A stretch of 64,000 nt of DNA, taken from the NCBI GenBank assembly GCA_963729045.1, contig CAVSMN010000010.1, positions 96,001-160,000 of the forward strand, in the 5' to 3' direction. Source of the DNA: an uncultured Nitrososphaeraceae archaeon (GTDB lineage: Archaea; Thermoproteota; Nitrososphaeria; Nitrososphaerales; Nitrososphaeraceae). Under the pieces are notes generated by a model. It was given only the letters and a program-made list of their open reading frames with translations. It did no database searches and was not told the origin of the DNA. The first letter of the stretch is position 1. Each line of letters starts with the position of its first letter. Below are positions 34,742 to 46,799 of this stretch, one piece after another. Position numbers and translations under genes: made by a program.

Positions 34742-34932
34742 GAAAATTACTAAAGTTAAAAATATTTAAGTTAATATATTTACTATCTATAATATTTGAA
34801 TCCTTTGAATTTCCAATTAACTTAAACAAGAAGTTTAGCACAAATTAATGGTCATCACATCCATTGGATGATCCAACATTTAGTGGGTCAAAGGAATCCA
34901 TATAACGCAATTCATGTTATGTAATAAAATCT

Positions 34933-35709
34933 ATGACTACCGTGATATCCATAAAATCTAAAGATGGAATTGTTTTAGCAAGTGACAGCCAAGGCACATC
35001 ATCAAAAGTCAAAACCACTATAAAAAAAGTTTTCAAAATAAATAGTCATGCAGGAATAGGTGCCTCTGGAGATAGTTCACAAATTGAATTATTTGTTGAT
35101 GAACTCAAGCAAAACTTACAAAACGAAATTGAATTAGAATCAGGATTTAGAACCCAAATGTATAGTATTATGGCGAATTTGCATCGAATATACAACTACA
35201 ACCATTCATTTCTATGTGGATATAGTGGAGCACGATTGTTTTTTACTCCAGTCTCACTAGTAGCTGTAAAACCAAAAAACGGAGATTCTTATCTCTACCG
35301 TATGGGTTTTGGAATAACCGGGAAAAATAATGAAGTATCTCCGTATCTATACAAGGTAAATAATGATTATGTGTCAATAGGTTCTGGTTCCACTTATGCA
35401 CGTTTGGTTCTTGCACAACAAGACAGACTTAATTCCACAATAAACAGGAAATTATCTGATTTATCCACAGAAGACAATGTCGGGATAGCAGCATACATTA
35501 TTAATGAAGTGAAGCAATTGGACCTAGAAACAGGGGGAAAGACACAGGTTTCAATAGTTGATCGTGAAGGCTATAGGGAACTTTCATATGATGAGCAAGC
35601 CAAATGTCATCAAATGATGACCGCTAATCTATTTTCCTCTTTGAACGAATACTTTTCAAATAAGGATAAAACAAGCAAAATTATTGAATATCTTTTTCCA
35701 TACGACTGA
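34933..35709 (+). CDS. Stand-alone proteasome-beta-like Ntn hydrolase
   Basis: MTTVISIKSKDGIVLASDSQ, KVFKI, GIGASG, SIGSGS and D..TGG; no propeptide. Confidence 0.8.
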   Translation: MTTVISIKSKDGIVLASDSQGTSSKVKTTIKKVFKINSHAGIGASGDSSQIELFVDELKQNLQNEIELESGFRTQMYSIMANLHRIYNYNHSFLCGYSGARLFFTPVSLVAVKPKNGDSYLYRMGFGITGKNNEVSPYLYKVNNDYVSIGSGSTYARLVLAQQDRLNSTINRKLSDLSTEDNVGIAAYIINEVKQLDLETGGKTQVSIVDREGYRELSYDEQAKCHQMMTANLFSSLNEYFSNKDKTSKIIEYLFPYD

Positions 35710-36311
35710 ACCATATTTGATTACCACTAATTTAAATTCCATAATGGATGAGTTAATATTTGACGATCTTATGACAACAACCCCTCCGTCACAATGTATT
35801 TTTTGTTGTTGCCTTAATCCTCCATTATCAAGTGCATATAATGATTGCAATGCATAATGAATGAATTTTGTATCATGTTTTGCTTGAAACCCTAAAAAGG
35901 ACCAGTGAACAAAGCAAATGACAATGCGAGATCAAGACAAGTCATTTCAAAATAAAAGTAACCTCTATTCCGTTTATCTTTGTTTTTCTTGTCCAAAACA
36001 AAAATGGAATAGATATTAGCGCCGCCCTTAGGGCTTTGTACAACGACGATTATCAAAAAGATACTACAAGTCGACCGCTCCATCACCACGCAGTCAAACT
36101 CGATACAATGGATTCTTCTTTTATCATTACTGCACAGTTCAGGATCTCCAAAGATTCATTCCCCGGCTTTTACAATTGATCTACTTCTTATCAGCTATTA
36201 GCGTAAATGTATGATTTTGGTTGGTATTTACAATATATAACAATATTTATAAATATGGGTACCAATTATAATATATGGTTAAAAGCAATAAGACTTTACT
36301 AAATATTAAAA

Positions 36312-36746
36312 GTGTTAAGGCTATACCAAGAATTGTATAAGATTAATATACCTTTAATAGTTGTTGTCTTGTTTGCCATAGCTTTTTCAATAGTTAATGG
36401 CATACTCTTTTTACCCATCTATTGTCATCCGAATCCTTTATCCTATGAACCACAACCCAATCAGATAATTGATTTGATACAAACGCTGCCCGACAAAGTA
36501 GCTATCACTTTTACAGAGAGACCAGAATTAAAAGCTAGCAGCATACGTGTTATGAATTTAAATAACGAGAGGATAGACAACCATGATCTCAAATTAGCAG
36601 GGTCTGATAAATCACTTTCTGTCTCTTTAGATAAATCGAAACTAATATCTGGTGATTATACCATAAAATGGTTAGTCTTATCTAAAGATGATGGTTTTAT
36701 TACTAAAGGATCATACATTTTTTCAATTGGTAGAACGAAAAGTTAG
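36312..36746 (+). CDS. copC: Copper resistance protein CopC family
   Basis: Signal then H-P-N-P, ITFTERPE, GDYTIKWLVLSKDDG. Confidence 0.75.
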   Translation: MLRLYQELYKINIPLIVVVLFAIAFSIVNGILFLPIYCHPNPLSYEPQPNQIIDLIQTLPDKVAITFTERPELKASSIRVMNLNNERIDNHDLKLAGSDKSLSVSLDKSKLISGDYTIKWLVLSKDDGFITKGSYIFSIGRTKS

Positions 36747-36943
36747 GATCAAAAATGAGAGTAACGTCTGTCATAATGATGGAGTTTGTATGAATCTTTA
36801 TTGAATCCAATACTAGAAATTATTAATTAATAGTATATTGTTACTTATGGTAAAGTAATTTAATAGAAACAAGTATCAAGAAAAGTTACCTCGAAGACAC
36901 TTGTTTCTATTTGAACTTGCTTATTCAGTATATGTTGAATGAT

Positions 36944-37522
36944 TTAATTTTCACTAATTCGAACTGTTTTCAGAGCTTTTCCCCAAACAATAACTTCATC
37001 TAACATGGCATTGACCGATTTTTCATGTACTGAATGAGGTTTAAACCTTGTAAAGTTTTCAAAATCAGTATACAGAGAAAGTTGTACTTGAGCTCGAACA
37101 GTAGCAACCTTAACCTCTGCCATAACCAAACGCAATTGCTCAACTGCTCTTACACCTCCTGCACTTCCATAACTAACAAACCCTGCTACCTTGTTGTTCC
37201 ATTCTTTGAAGAGAAAATCAATAGCGTTTTTTAAAGCGCCAGGAATTCCATGATTATATTCAGCAGTCACAAACACAAATGCATCAAATGAGTTGATTTT
37301 CGCAGCCCATCGTTTTGTGTGATCCTTTGTATATTGACCTATCAAAGGCGGAATTGGTTCATCCAATAGCGGTAGATTGTAATCTACTATATCAATTAGT
37401 TCAAAATCGGCATCTTCTCGGTTCTTTGCGAGGTCATATATCCATTGACTTACTGCTTCACCATTTCGACCAGGTCTAGTGCTGCCAAGTATGATTGCGA
37501 TCTTAAGCATTTGATTGATCAT
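36944..37522 (-). CDS. NADPH-dependent FMN reductase
   Basis: GSTRPGR, AEYNHGIPGALKNAID, SYGSAGG. Confidence 0.92.
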   Translation of the reverse strand: MINQMLKIAIILGSTRPGRNGEAVSQWIYDLAKNREDADFELIDIVDYNLPLLDEPIPPLIGQYTKDHTKRWAAKINSFDAFVFVTAEYNHGIPGALKNAIDFLFKEWNNKVAGFVSYGSAGGVRAVEQLRLVMAEVKVATVRAQVQLSLYTDFENFTRFKPHSVHEKSVNAMLDEVIVWGKALKTVRISEN

Positions 37523-37931
37523 GAAATAATTAGATCAATAAAGTTCTTATATATCGAAGTATTTTGCGGTATCCTAGTAGAATTATTATATAATTATTGA
37601 ACATATTTTAAGTCGAGCTAGGTTTTTTAATACTGTTAGATTGTTTTCAGAGGCAATTGATCGCTGTTTTTTCAATTATGGTTGTTCAAAATTGAATCGT
37701 AACCATAGCGAAACATGATGGTCAAGGATTCAATATCGCTTTATGGTTCTTCCCTGTAATTTTTCCTCATTTTCCAGCTACGAAAAGATTATGTTTATAA
37801 TATATTGTAACATCGCGGTCAATATGGATTCTTATCTTGTTTCATAAAATTCTCAACGCTACACCATTTCTGTCCATCTACATATCTAGATGGAATATAC
37901 TTCATTCAAAACATCAGGTTACATTGTTTGC

Positions 37932-38843
37932 CTAAAATAAACTAATATTATCCATTACAAATTCTTCAAATCTATGGGGTTTTCTTCCTATAATGCCTTC
38001 CACCGTGTCTGTAGTTCTGGAAGTCTTTCCTGACCTAGTAATGTTATGTAACTCAATTATTGCGTCGACTAACCACTTCTTCATACCTAGCTTTTCCATA
38101 TTAACCCGAGCCTCATTTTCTGGAATATCTATGTATGATATTTTCCGGCCAACAATATTTGAAATAATTTCTGCAGCCTGACCGTAGGATAATGCTTCTG
38201 GACCAGTAAGATTAAACGATTGGTTTTCATATTGTTCACGTTCTGCGCTGTGGGATAGCATCATTGTAGCTGCTACTGTTGCAATATCTCTGGAGTCCAC
38301 AAAACTCACTCTACCATCCCCCGCAGGAGCATAAAATACATTTTGTGTTCTTATAGTGTATCTGTAAAACGTTACAAAGTTTTGCATAAATCCAGTAGGA
38401 CATAAGAAAGTATGCGGAATTCCAAATTCCTCAATTATTTTCTCTTCCTGCTTGTGTAACCGTCCGAGTATTGTCTTGGGTTCTGAATCCATAGTTTCCT
38501 GAACTGATAGTTTTACTATATACGATACTCCGTTATCCTTTGCTAGATTAATCACACCTGTGAAGTTATCCATAGAATCAGGATTTGGGATAGTTAGCAA
38601 AAAGAGGTTGTCGACATTTCTAAATGCCTTAGCGACCGTGTCAGGCTTATCATAATCTAAGTCGACTATTTTCAGCCCCGAATAATTGCTCAATTTTTCT
38701 GCACCGTCTTTTGAGTGAACTCCGGCTATGATGTTATGATTTGTTAAAGGGGTTGAAGCAAGGAGTTGTTTTACCAGTTCATGGCCAACAGTTCCGCTTG
38801 CACCAGTTACTAATAAATTCGGCGTTATGTCTGAATTATCCAT
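37932..38843 (-). CDS. NmrA-like atypical SDR
   Basis: VTGASGTVG, FMQNF, VDSRDIA, LTGPEALSY. Confidence 0.9.
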   Translation of the reverse strand: MDNSDITPNLLVTGASGTVGHELVKQLLASTPLTNHNIIAGVHSKDGAEKLSNYSGLKIVDLDYDKPDTVAKAFRNVDNLFLLTIPNPDSMDNFTGVINLAKDNGVSYIVKLSVQETMDSEPKTILGRLHKQEEKIIEEFGIPHTFLCPTGFMQNFVTFYRYTIRTQNVFYAPAGDGRVSFVDSRDIATVAATMMLSHSAEREQYENQSFNLTGPEALSYGQAAEIISNIVGRKISYIDIPENEARVNMEKLGMKKWLVDAIIELHNITRSGKTSRTTDTVEGIIGRKPHRFEEFVMDNISLF

Positions 38844-38997
38844 TTATTTGTATAAAGTCAAACCGTAGATTATAAGATAGATAGTTTACAAATTATATAA
38901 AATATTTCTAATTTCTTAACTCTGGCAATTCGTTCAACACCGATCTTATCTTTTTAGTAATAATTCGTATCTATTAGAATTATAAGGACTTGTATAC

Positions 38998-39321
38998 CTA
39001 TTCTTTTGAATCTGTAAAAACTACATCGTACAAATTACCATCTGCTTTTGCCATAGACAATACTTTATTCATGTGGATTATTGCCTCCGGATTATCAAGT
39101 CTCTTATCGAATGCTTCTTTACCTTTGTACTGTACGTAATTTACTACCTTCTTTCGATCCTTACTCTTATGAATACTTGCTGAAATGAATCCATCTTGTA
39201 AACGCCATACTTGTCTTGTGGTTTCGATAAGAGCATCTACTAGTTGTTGTTGCCTCGAAGGATCGACGGTAAATACATTAATCAAAGTAATAATGTCCTT
39301 ATCTACCTTTATCGTTGTCAT
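38998..39321 (-). CDS. Antibiotic biosynthesis monooxygenase (ABM) family
   Basis: LINVFTVDP..QQQLV, GFISASIHKS. Confidence 0.85.
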   Translation of the reverse strand: MTTIKVDKDIITLINVFTVDPSRQQQLVDALIETTRQVWRLQDGFISASIHKSKDRKKVVNYVQYKGKEAFDKRLDNPEAIIHMNKVLSMAKADGNLYDVVFTDSKE

Positions 39322-39596
39322 ACTTTTTAATATTGTTAATTATAGCCAATAGAATAAAAATATAGTTGTCAGGAGAGGTTATTGTAGACATAAATCATTA
39401 CCAAAATCAAGGGCTATCAAAGGATTATCAGACCATATCTTTTATCTTAAAAGGGTATACTTGTTAAATGTTCATATGTAGAAACACCTTCGATGTCAAT
39501 GTTAGGTCAAACTCGATTTATCATAAACATATATCGGCCTTGCTTAAAGCGTATATATCAAACCTACTAATCGCGGTATAAAGTTAAGTCTTCATA

Positions 39597-39625
39597 GAAA
39601 AGTGCAAAGTGCGGGATTGAACCCG
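39597..39625 (-). repeat. tRNA 3'-end repeat
   Basis: gaaaagtgcaaagtgcgggattgaacccg. Confidence 0.85.
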
Positions 39626-39633
39626 TCATTTTG

Positions 39634-40419
39634 TCATTTCTTATTTTTATGAATTTCATTCACGACATATTGTATATAATCGACTATTTCAATTTCAGTC
39701 ATTGACGGTTCAACTCCTGATGCTTCTTCTATTTCATTCTCAAGATTCTTAGCAACAGTCAATACTCTAGATTCTAATTCTTTATTTCTATGAGCAGTGC
39801 CAATACTACCAAGGAAATTGGCTTGTTCAGTTACAGAGTTCTTGATAGATCTAAGAAGTACAAGATCTTGAGAAACAATTTGAGCTGCCGAACAAAGTCC
39901 TGAATATATAAGGTAGCAAGATAGGCCAATAAGCGAAACTGAAATTAAGCCAAATGGTGGGTATGCGGCTTGTGCAGCAGTCGCAGACGCTGTAATATAG
40001 AAAAGAAGAAATCCATATGCAGTCAAGATTAACTGAGTTCTGATAACAGAATTTGTCTTTAAAGTTCTTGCTACATACAAAAAAGAAATACCAAAGATAA
40101 TACCTGAAATGATTCCTCCAAAAGAAAATATCAGGATATTTAGTAACGCATTTTCATCATTGACTGTAGATTTTTGAACATCAACTTTGGTCTTTTGAGA
40201 AATTTCATCAGGATGTGTAAGTGTCAGATTCATTACTATCGGGTTAGAACAATATTGAACAAAATCACAAACCAAAATCTCATAATTTGTTTTTGAATTA
40301 TTCTGAGCAAACACATTGGTCATGTGAGAAAATGGAATTAGCAAGATGGTCAAAATAAGAAACGTTAACAAATAACAAGATACTGAAGATATCCAGAACG
40401 ACCCCTTTGTTCTTTTCAC
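39634..40419 (-). CDS. Membrane protein, apparently a chimera of a secreted-protein N-terminus and a membrane-protein C-terminus
   Basis: Signal peptide plus CDFVQYC, then abruptly TM helices and YPPFGL...SIG.A. Confidence 0.6.
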   Translation of the reverse strand: MKRTKGSFWISSVSCYLLTFLILTILLIPFSHMTNVFAQNNSKTNYEILVCDFVQYCSNPIVMNLTLTHPDEISQKTKVDVQKSTVNDENALLNILIFSFGGIISGIIFGISFLYVARTLKTNSVIRTQLILTAYGFLLFYITASATAAQAAYPPFGLISVSLIGLSCYLIYSGLCSAAQIVSQDLVLLRSIKNSVTEQANFLGSIGTAHRNKELESRVLTVAKNLENEIEEASGVEPSMTEIEIVDYIQYVVNEIHKNKK

Positions 40420-40731
40420 AATTCTCTAATTTGAATTAGTCATATAACAATCACCATTAATTTTACTTCTAGATATTAGTGTGTCAACATTCTCGACTAT
40501 TGTCATAGGAAAATAATAAGCAATTAAATAACAAAACACTCTAAATTGACTATATTTCAATCTTACTTATCTACTCAAGCATAAAAAATTATCCTTATAA
40601 AACACCTGTGAAATTGAAAATGCAGAATTAGTGTCAGAAGTTTGATAGGCAGTTAGAAATGTCTTCAATCTGATGAAAAACAAATTAAATTGTTTTAATC
40701 CTAAGGTATAAGAACATCCTACACACTACAA

Positions 40732-41277
40732 TTACAAAATAATGTTCTGATCTTTTAGATATTCTTCATATTTCTTTAATATTTCTTGTTGTCTATCTTT
40801 ATGGGGAACCCTTTTGCGTAATTCTAAAACTTTTTTTAAAGCTGCTTCCATAGGTATTTTTTCGGTTTTCATCAAATAAGCAGTAACTAAGACTCCGGTC
40901 CTTCCGTGACCTGCATTACAGTGAATTAGAACCGGTTTACCCTGCTCAATATGTTGATCCATATAGTCAATTGTTTTGATCAAGACATCAAGGTCTGGAG
41001 CATCATGATCATCAACCTTAATGTGCAGATAGTCTATGACTATATTTTTGCCTTCGCTTTTTTCCTTTTTTGAACTTTCAAAATATTTTCTAGGCAAAGG
41101 AATTTCTCTGATCGTTACAATACTTCTGATTCCTTGTTTCACAACCCACTCGAATTCATTGTGAGTTTTAACTAGACCAGAACCGGCAAGTCGACTAGGA
41201 ATGACCCATGAGAAATTTGATGGCTTCCGAAATAGTCTGCCATATATCCATCTATAAAAATCACCAAGTATAGCCAT
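40732..41277 (-). CDS. Dual-specificity protein phosphatase
   Basis: NFSWVIP, HCNAGHGRTG (CX5R). Confidence 0.9.
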   Translation of the reverse strand: MAILGDFYRWIYGRLFRKPSNFSWVIPSRLAGSGLVKTHNEFEWVVKQGIRSIVTIREIPLPRKYFESSKKEKSEGKNIVIDYLHIKVDDHDAPDLDVLIKTIDYMDQHIEQGKPVLIHCNAGHGRTGVLVTAYLMKTEKIPMEAALKKVLELRKRVPHKDRQQEILKKYEEYLKDQNIIL

Positions 41278-41833
41278 ACTTAGAATATTGTTAATTATAG
41301 CTTATATCCATCATATATTTATTAAAATTGATTTCAAGGTACAAGATAGAACCCAATAGTCACAGCGAAGAAAATCATGCTAGCATTCTCCATGAACCTT
41401 TTTCCTTTCCAATTCGTATTGCAAAAAAACAACAAGAGAAATACGAGGAAAAATAATTACTAATCCAAATAAAGACCAGTGGGAATTTCATTCCTATCTT
41501 AATTGAGGCAAGAACAATTATTGGCAAATACAAACAGTCCCGATTAAGAGGATATGCCAGCAACTATTCCCAAGTGTTTAGTAATATCTTAATCCACAGT
41601 AGACAAATTATATGATTAGTGATTTGTTATCATCTATTTGTGATTGTATTTAGGTTCATGAAACTTTAAGAGGGAAATTCTTACAATCAATTGAAAGTTC
41701 CTCTTCCAGATATTGTTTGAATTATGCTAAAGTCCACAATTCTTACACTTTTGTTAAGTCAACAAGGTCTTAGTGAGGCATGACCATCTAATGTGATGGT
41801 AGGATTCATATTGGCTTTTTCGGTTCATCACGG

Positions 41834-42898
41834 CTATTCTTTAATATTTATACATAATGGAAAAACTTTGAAATACGATGGTAAAATGCCGATTGGTTCC
41901 CCGTCCACCGATACCGTAATGTTATTTTCAAGGTCTGATAATAATGCTACAGCTTGTGATTGACCATAATAAATTCCATCTTGGTTATCAATAGACTCCT
42001 CCCCCCTTTTTATATCCACAAGTTTATCAAGTATTTTGAAACTACTTGAATCTTTTACTATTATAGTATCAAGTAATCCGTCGTTCATTTCGGCTCTTGT
42101 TGCCGCATTAAAACCTCCTCCCATAATACTGCCGTTTGATACCATCGCCATCGTCATCTTGGTCAAAAGCTTTTTTACGTTTATATTATCAGTATCGCCT
42201 AAAAATTCAATCAATTCACAAACATTGCTCTGATATGTTGGTATTGTTGCAAGTATTCCTGTAATGGTTGATAGCAGACGACTGCTGATTCTGTCTCTTA
42301 CCATTTTAGACCTGTTTATTACTTCTGCCCCAATTCCTATTTCGGCAGCATTTAAAATAACCCTACTGACATAATCTTCTTTTACTTCTTGGTCATTTAT
42401 CTTATTGTGCACAATTGCTGTGATAACATCTATTTTCTTGAAGTTATCTGTTGAAGTTACTACCTTGCAGCATTCTTCAATTTCTGATGGCAACCCCAAT
42501 GACTTTACTAGAACATTTCTAGTTCCACCTGGTAGAACTGTTAGTATTGCTTCGGGATTAATGACATCCATATGAACAAATTTTGATAAATTTTTATCAT
42601 CCTTCATGTTTTCTAAATTAAAGTCTTTATCTATTTCAATTTTAAAAAATCCATTAGCAACTTCATTTATCATTCCGTCACCTCCTATTGGAATTATATT
42701 GTTATAGCCTTTTTCGAGATATTCTAGTGTTAGAATGGTGCCATCATTGGCTTTCTTTGTAAATATGTATTCGATGTCTTCTCCAAAATATTTTTTTAAA
42801 ATAACATACAAGGAATCCCAATTTTTTCCTGTTTGACCTCCACTTGAATTTGGATTTACTATTACTATGGACTTTTTGGTCATTGTTATAATCTTCAA
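41834..42898 (-). CDS. Diacylglycerol/lipid kinase family protein
   Basis: IVNPNSSGG, GGDGMINEVANG, PGGTRN, VDGE. Confidence 0.9.
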   Translation of the reverse strand: MKIITMTKKSIVIVNPNSSGGQTGKNWDSLYVILKKYFGEDIEYIFTKKANDGTILTLEYLEKGYNNIIPIGGDGMINEVANGFFKIEIDKDFNLENMKDDKNLSKFVHMDVINPEAILTVLPGGTRNVLVKSLGLPSEIEECCKVVTSTDNFKKIDVITAIVHNKINDQEVKEDYVSRVILNAAEIGIGAEVINRSKMVRDRISSRLLSTITGILATIPTYQSNVCELIEFLGDTDNINVKKLLTKMTMAMVSNGSIMGGGFNAATRAEMNDGLLDTIIVKDSSSFKILDKLVDIKRGEESIDNQDGIYYGQSQAVALLSDLENNITVSVDGEPIGILPSYFKVFPLCINIKE

Positions 42899-42973
42899 AG
42901 TATATATTCATATTGATTAATGTGTCGGTGTGCCTACCTACAATTGTTGTGAATATTTATGTTTTACTTTTTA

Positions 42974-43957
42974 TTACTTTGATTTGATTTCCTTATCGTA
43001 GGAAAATATCCATTTTTTCTTCCAAAATACAAATAACGATACTATAGTTATGACTAACATCACTAATACCAAAAAGCCTAGATACCTTGGTATTGTGTCT
43101 AGGTTGTTTAAATCAAATCCCTGCAAGCCTAATACACCTATCAAAAGTGTGAGAGGTAATACGATAGCAGAGAAAATCGTCAATACTCGCATTGTCTCGT
43201 TTATCTGTAAAGATATACTACTCGAAAATAGATCTCTTGTAGAATTTATTGTATCCTGATAGGATTGGATCATTTCTATGAGCTGGTTAATATTATTGAA
43301 TACAATCTGGAGATATTTTATATCATCTTTGTCTTTTTCCATAGTAACATGATAGTTTATTATATTCCTAGCATCCCAGAAATATCGTCGAAGGGTAATG
43401 ACCTGTCTTGATAACGTATCCAAATAGGTGAGCACTCGTTTGGATGGTCTATATTGTGCGTCTTTTTCAATATCAAATACTTTGAGCTCTATTGCTGTCA
43501 AAAGTTGTTCGTAATCTTCTATGATATCTGAAATTATACTATAGTAGAGTGCATCGATTGAAGATTCCAAAATTGTTTTTCTATCTGCGAGAATTGTTTT
43601 TACTTTCGTTACCAAATCTATTTTATTTGAATGAATAGTTATCAGCCACCTATCTCCTACAAAAAAGTATAGTGGAGAAGATTCAAGATGTTGTAGATTA
43701 TTAAATTTTAGGTCTAGTAAAATGGTGAACTTACTATCATGTTCTATTTCTTTTACCACAGGTTTTTTTGATTTTTGTCTAATTCGATCTAATGCTTTTT
43801 TGTTTAGTGAAAACTTATTTTCCAAATTTGTAATATCTTCATCTGTGGGATCTGAAATATCGATCCAAAGATTATGGTTTTCTTTTAGATCCCCATTTAA
43901 TTCATTTTTCTCTTCTACCATTCCCTTTTGATTATAATAGAAGATAGTTTTTTGCAC
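42974..43957 (-). CDS. corA: CorA-family divalent cation transporter (atypical signature)
   Basis: WIDISDP, INETMRVLTIFSAIVLPLTL and two C-terminal TMs; GMN motif replaced by GLQ. Confidence 0.82.
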   Translation of the reverse strand: MQKTIFYYNQKGMVEEKNELNGDLKENHNLWIDISDPTDEDITNLENKFSLNKKALDRIRQKSKKPVVKEIEHDSKFTILLDLKFNNLQHLESSPLYFFVGDRWLITIHSNKIDLVTKVKTILADRKTILESSIDALYYSIISDIIEDYEQLLTAIELKVFDIEKDAQYRPSKRVLTYLDTLSRQVITLRRYFWDARNIINYHVTMEKDKDDIKYLQIVFNNINQLIEMIQSYQDTINSTRDLFSSSISLQINETMRVLTIFSAIVLPLTLLIGVLGLQGFDLNNLDTIPRYLGFLVLVMLVITIVSLFVFWKKKWIFSYDKEIKSK

Positions 43958-44657
43958 TATATTTGATGTTGTTTTAAAGTATTAATGTCTATTTCATATT
44001 ACAGCAGATCCATCAACCAAGCATTCTTGAAGATCAATTTATTCGGCAAGAGGGTTTAATTTGTTTCAAATTGTATAATTTAAACATTTGACTAACTCTA
44101 AGGTTATGGCTGCACCATCATTTGAAAAAGACGGGATCTCAAAATAAATTTGATAAATTTGTAATAATAGACAGAGCAAAAATTACTCTAATAAAAGTAA
44201 GACACTCTTTTGTTATTCTGTTCAGTTGATTGTTCCTTAAGGATTGGAGAGTCACTAATGAAAAACTAGCAACGCTCGCGTGTGTTTGTGATGTTGATAA
44301 GTCATAACCTTTCTTAAGCACAACTAGAGGGCATACTTATCGTGAATTTGATACTAATCGAAGTTTTGTATATCCATTACTTTAATATTTCAATATTCAG
44401 GTCAAATGGCAGGAAGATGTAATTTATTCTTGTTAGAGAGAATGAAATCTAGAATTACCGCATATTCTTTCCTAGAATCTAATTTATAGATCACCTTTTA
44501 TTTAACAAAATATATAAAACTTGTAATTTTGAGGATATGAAAGTATGACATCGCTTTGCACGTTCAAAAAAGAATATTATGATTTTCAAAATAGACAAAT
44601 GAAGACAGTTTCATGCGAATATGAATCTTTGAAATAGAAAAATGATAAAACTGGTCA

Positions 44658-45340
44658 TTAAGAATTAGGGTAGAAAAGAAGAAAAGGTAAAGCAATATTT
44701 AACATTTCTATAGGCGGCACATCTGTGAAATAACAACTACACAGTATTACCAATCCTATTTGTTTGTCTGGATTGAATCCGACAAATGAACTATAACCGT
44801 CTATACCTCCATTATGCCAAATTACCTGATTTCCTAAATCAGTTGTGCTAAACCACGACAATCCGATATATCCATAGTGGAACGATTCAAATCCTGAAGG
44901 ATCATCAAATGGAACTTGTACTTCAGTAAACGGATGTCTAATCAAGTGACTTGTCTCCATTGCGTTATTGAGCTTTGTATCCATCAATCCCATGTTAGCT
45001 GAGACATACTTTAGTAAATCATTAACTGTTGAGTACATCGCACCTGCACCTTGTACTTTTTGAGGGAGAAATATTAATTCACTTTCATTTCCTACCATGT
45101 GGCCTTTTGCAAATTTAGATACAATATTCTCAGAGTACTGATATACTTGTTGCATTCATTGCAAATCCTGTACTATTCATTCCTAATACATTCCCTATTC
45201 TATCCTTAAGCAGTTGATCCAGGGGAATACCTGTTAATGACAGGACATGTCCTACCAGACCCAATCCTATATTTGAATAAGCAGATTTAGTTCCTGGTTC
45301 AGTTGCTAGTGTTGAATTCGAAAGAAAATCATAAGATTTC
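44658..45340 (-). pseudogene. Serine hydrolase (beta-lactamase class C-like), 5'-truncated and frameshifted
   Basis: GAGAMYSTVNDL and WHNGGIDGYSS. The upstream frame has PGTKSAYSNIGLGL and LGMNST; no SxxK region is seen. Confidence 0.75.
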
Positions 45341-46146
45341 TCCGGTAGAATGAAGGATTATACTCTACCAAAAATCGAATACAATGAAAGTTCACTCAAT
45401 TTCAAGGAGAAAAAAAAGAAATCGCTAAACTATTAAGAACAGATAGACATGAGATCCTACTGTTCAAATCAGAAAATATTAGCACAAATCCAGATGAAAT
45501 TCCAGAGGATGAAACTGCGATCACCGATAATATAATTAATTATGATTAATGGGTCAACTCGGTCTATTAAATAGTTTTCAGAATAAAGCCAGATCGTGTA
45601 CGGTTCATGTTAGACTAGATAAACTAAACACAAATTCAGACTTGGGTAAAATCATTAGCAACCTTATCTGTATCAGACAAAGGTATTGTTACTTCTCGTA
45701 CGTTAGCAAGAAATGATGAAGTAATAATAGGAATATCAGGTTACCACATAGAAACTGAGACTAAAGAGGAGCATATCTGTATCTATTGGAAGTGAAATGT
45801 TGAATTAACACGCATGGACATATACCATACCCATATTCTCGTGCTCCAGTAGAGTGGGATCATAAAACTAGGTATGGAGGATATGTTTAAGACAGAAATT
45901 TCGGAACTCGATGCCAACAAGATGAAATCAAGGTTAAGAAAGAGAAAGATAACTTGTTTATGAATCCGAGTTTGGGACTCTTAAAGTCTTTGATTATGTC
46001 GATTATTTCTTTTCATCTAAATACGTTAGTGCAATTTTACGATGGAATCTCCTGACATATTACTGCTATAATCCCAAACGGACTAAAATCCTCAGATCTA
46101 TCCAAATTATTCTAATTTAAATATGCAATAGGACCTTAAACAACCG

Positions 46147-46470
46147 ATGAACGCATCACATAAACTTTTTGGAATATTCGCAATCCATAGCCCAGAGTCT
46201 TGTCCGCTTAATAATACTAAAAGTAAAGAGATCTTTAAAGAAATACACAAGAAGCTAAAATCAAATGCTGTAAAATATGGAGTCAAAGAAATTAATGGAT
46301 TTTATATGTCCGTACTAGAGCATGAATGGTTTATTCTGGTTCAATCAAATAATGCTCATGATATTGAACAGCTATGTATCGAATCTGGGATATCATCTTT
46401 TAATACAGTAAAGATTGTGCCTCTGACAGACTATCAAGATGTCCTAAGCAGAATTAATCAGAATCAATAA
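46147..46470 (+). CDS. GYD/DUF3303-like small protein
   Basis: HSPESCP, LEHEWF, VKIVPL. Confidence 0.65.
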   Translation: MNASHKLFGIFAIHSPESCPLNNTKSKEIFKEIHKKLKSNAVKYGVKEINGFYMSVLEHEWFILVQSNNAHDIEQLCIESGISSFNTVKIVPLTDYQDVLSRINQNQ

Positions 46471-46536
46471 ATGGATATTTACTATCTTTATTTTCATCCT
46501 TTGTGGCTTTTTATATTCGTATAAATGCTAGACTAA

Positions 46537-46731
46537 CTATACTAATTTCATTTTGTCATGCGAGAATTTATGCTGAAAATAGATAATAATAGCACTAACT
46601 GCTGTATAGGTTTTACCACTCCCAGTCGCCTTTTGAATCAAGGCGCTGGATCTATTGTCTGATAATGACTGTTCTAAATTCTTTATTGCCTCCATTTGTC
46701 TTAAATTTAGAGCGATGCATTTTGAAACCAA
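46537..46731 (-). pseudogene. Fragment of a type I restriction (HsdR-like) DEAD helicase
   Basis: Q.EAIKNLEQSL..NR..ALIQ.ATGSGKTYTAVS. Confidence 0.65.
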
Positions 46732-46799
46732 CCTAGATAAGTAGGTTCAATTTTAGATTTGAAAGTAAGATATTACTTGACTATTCCGCTCTTTAGATT

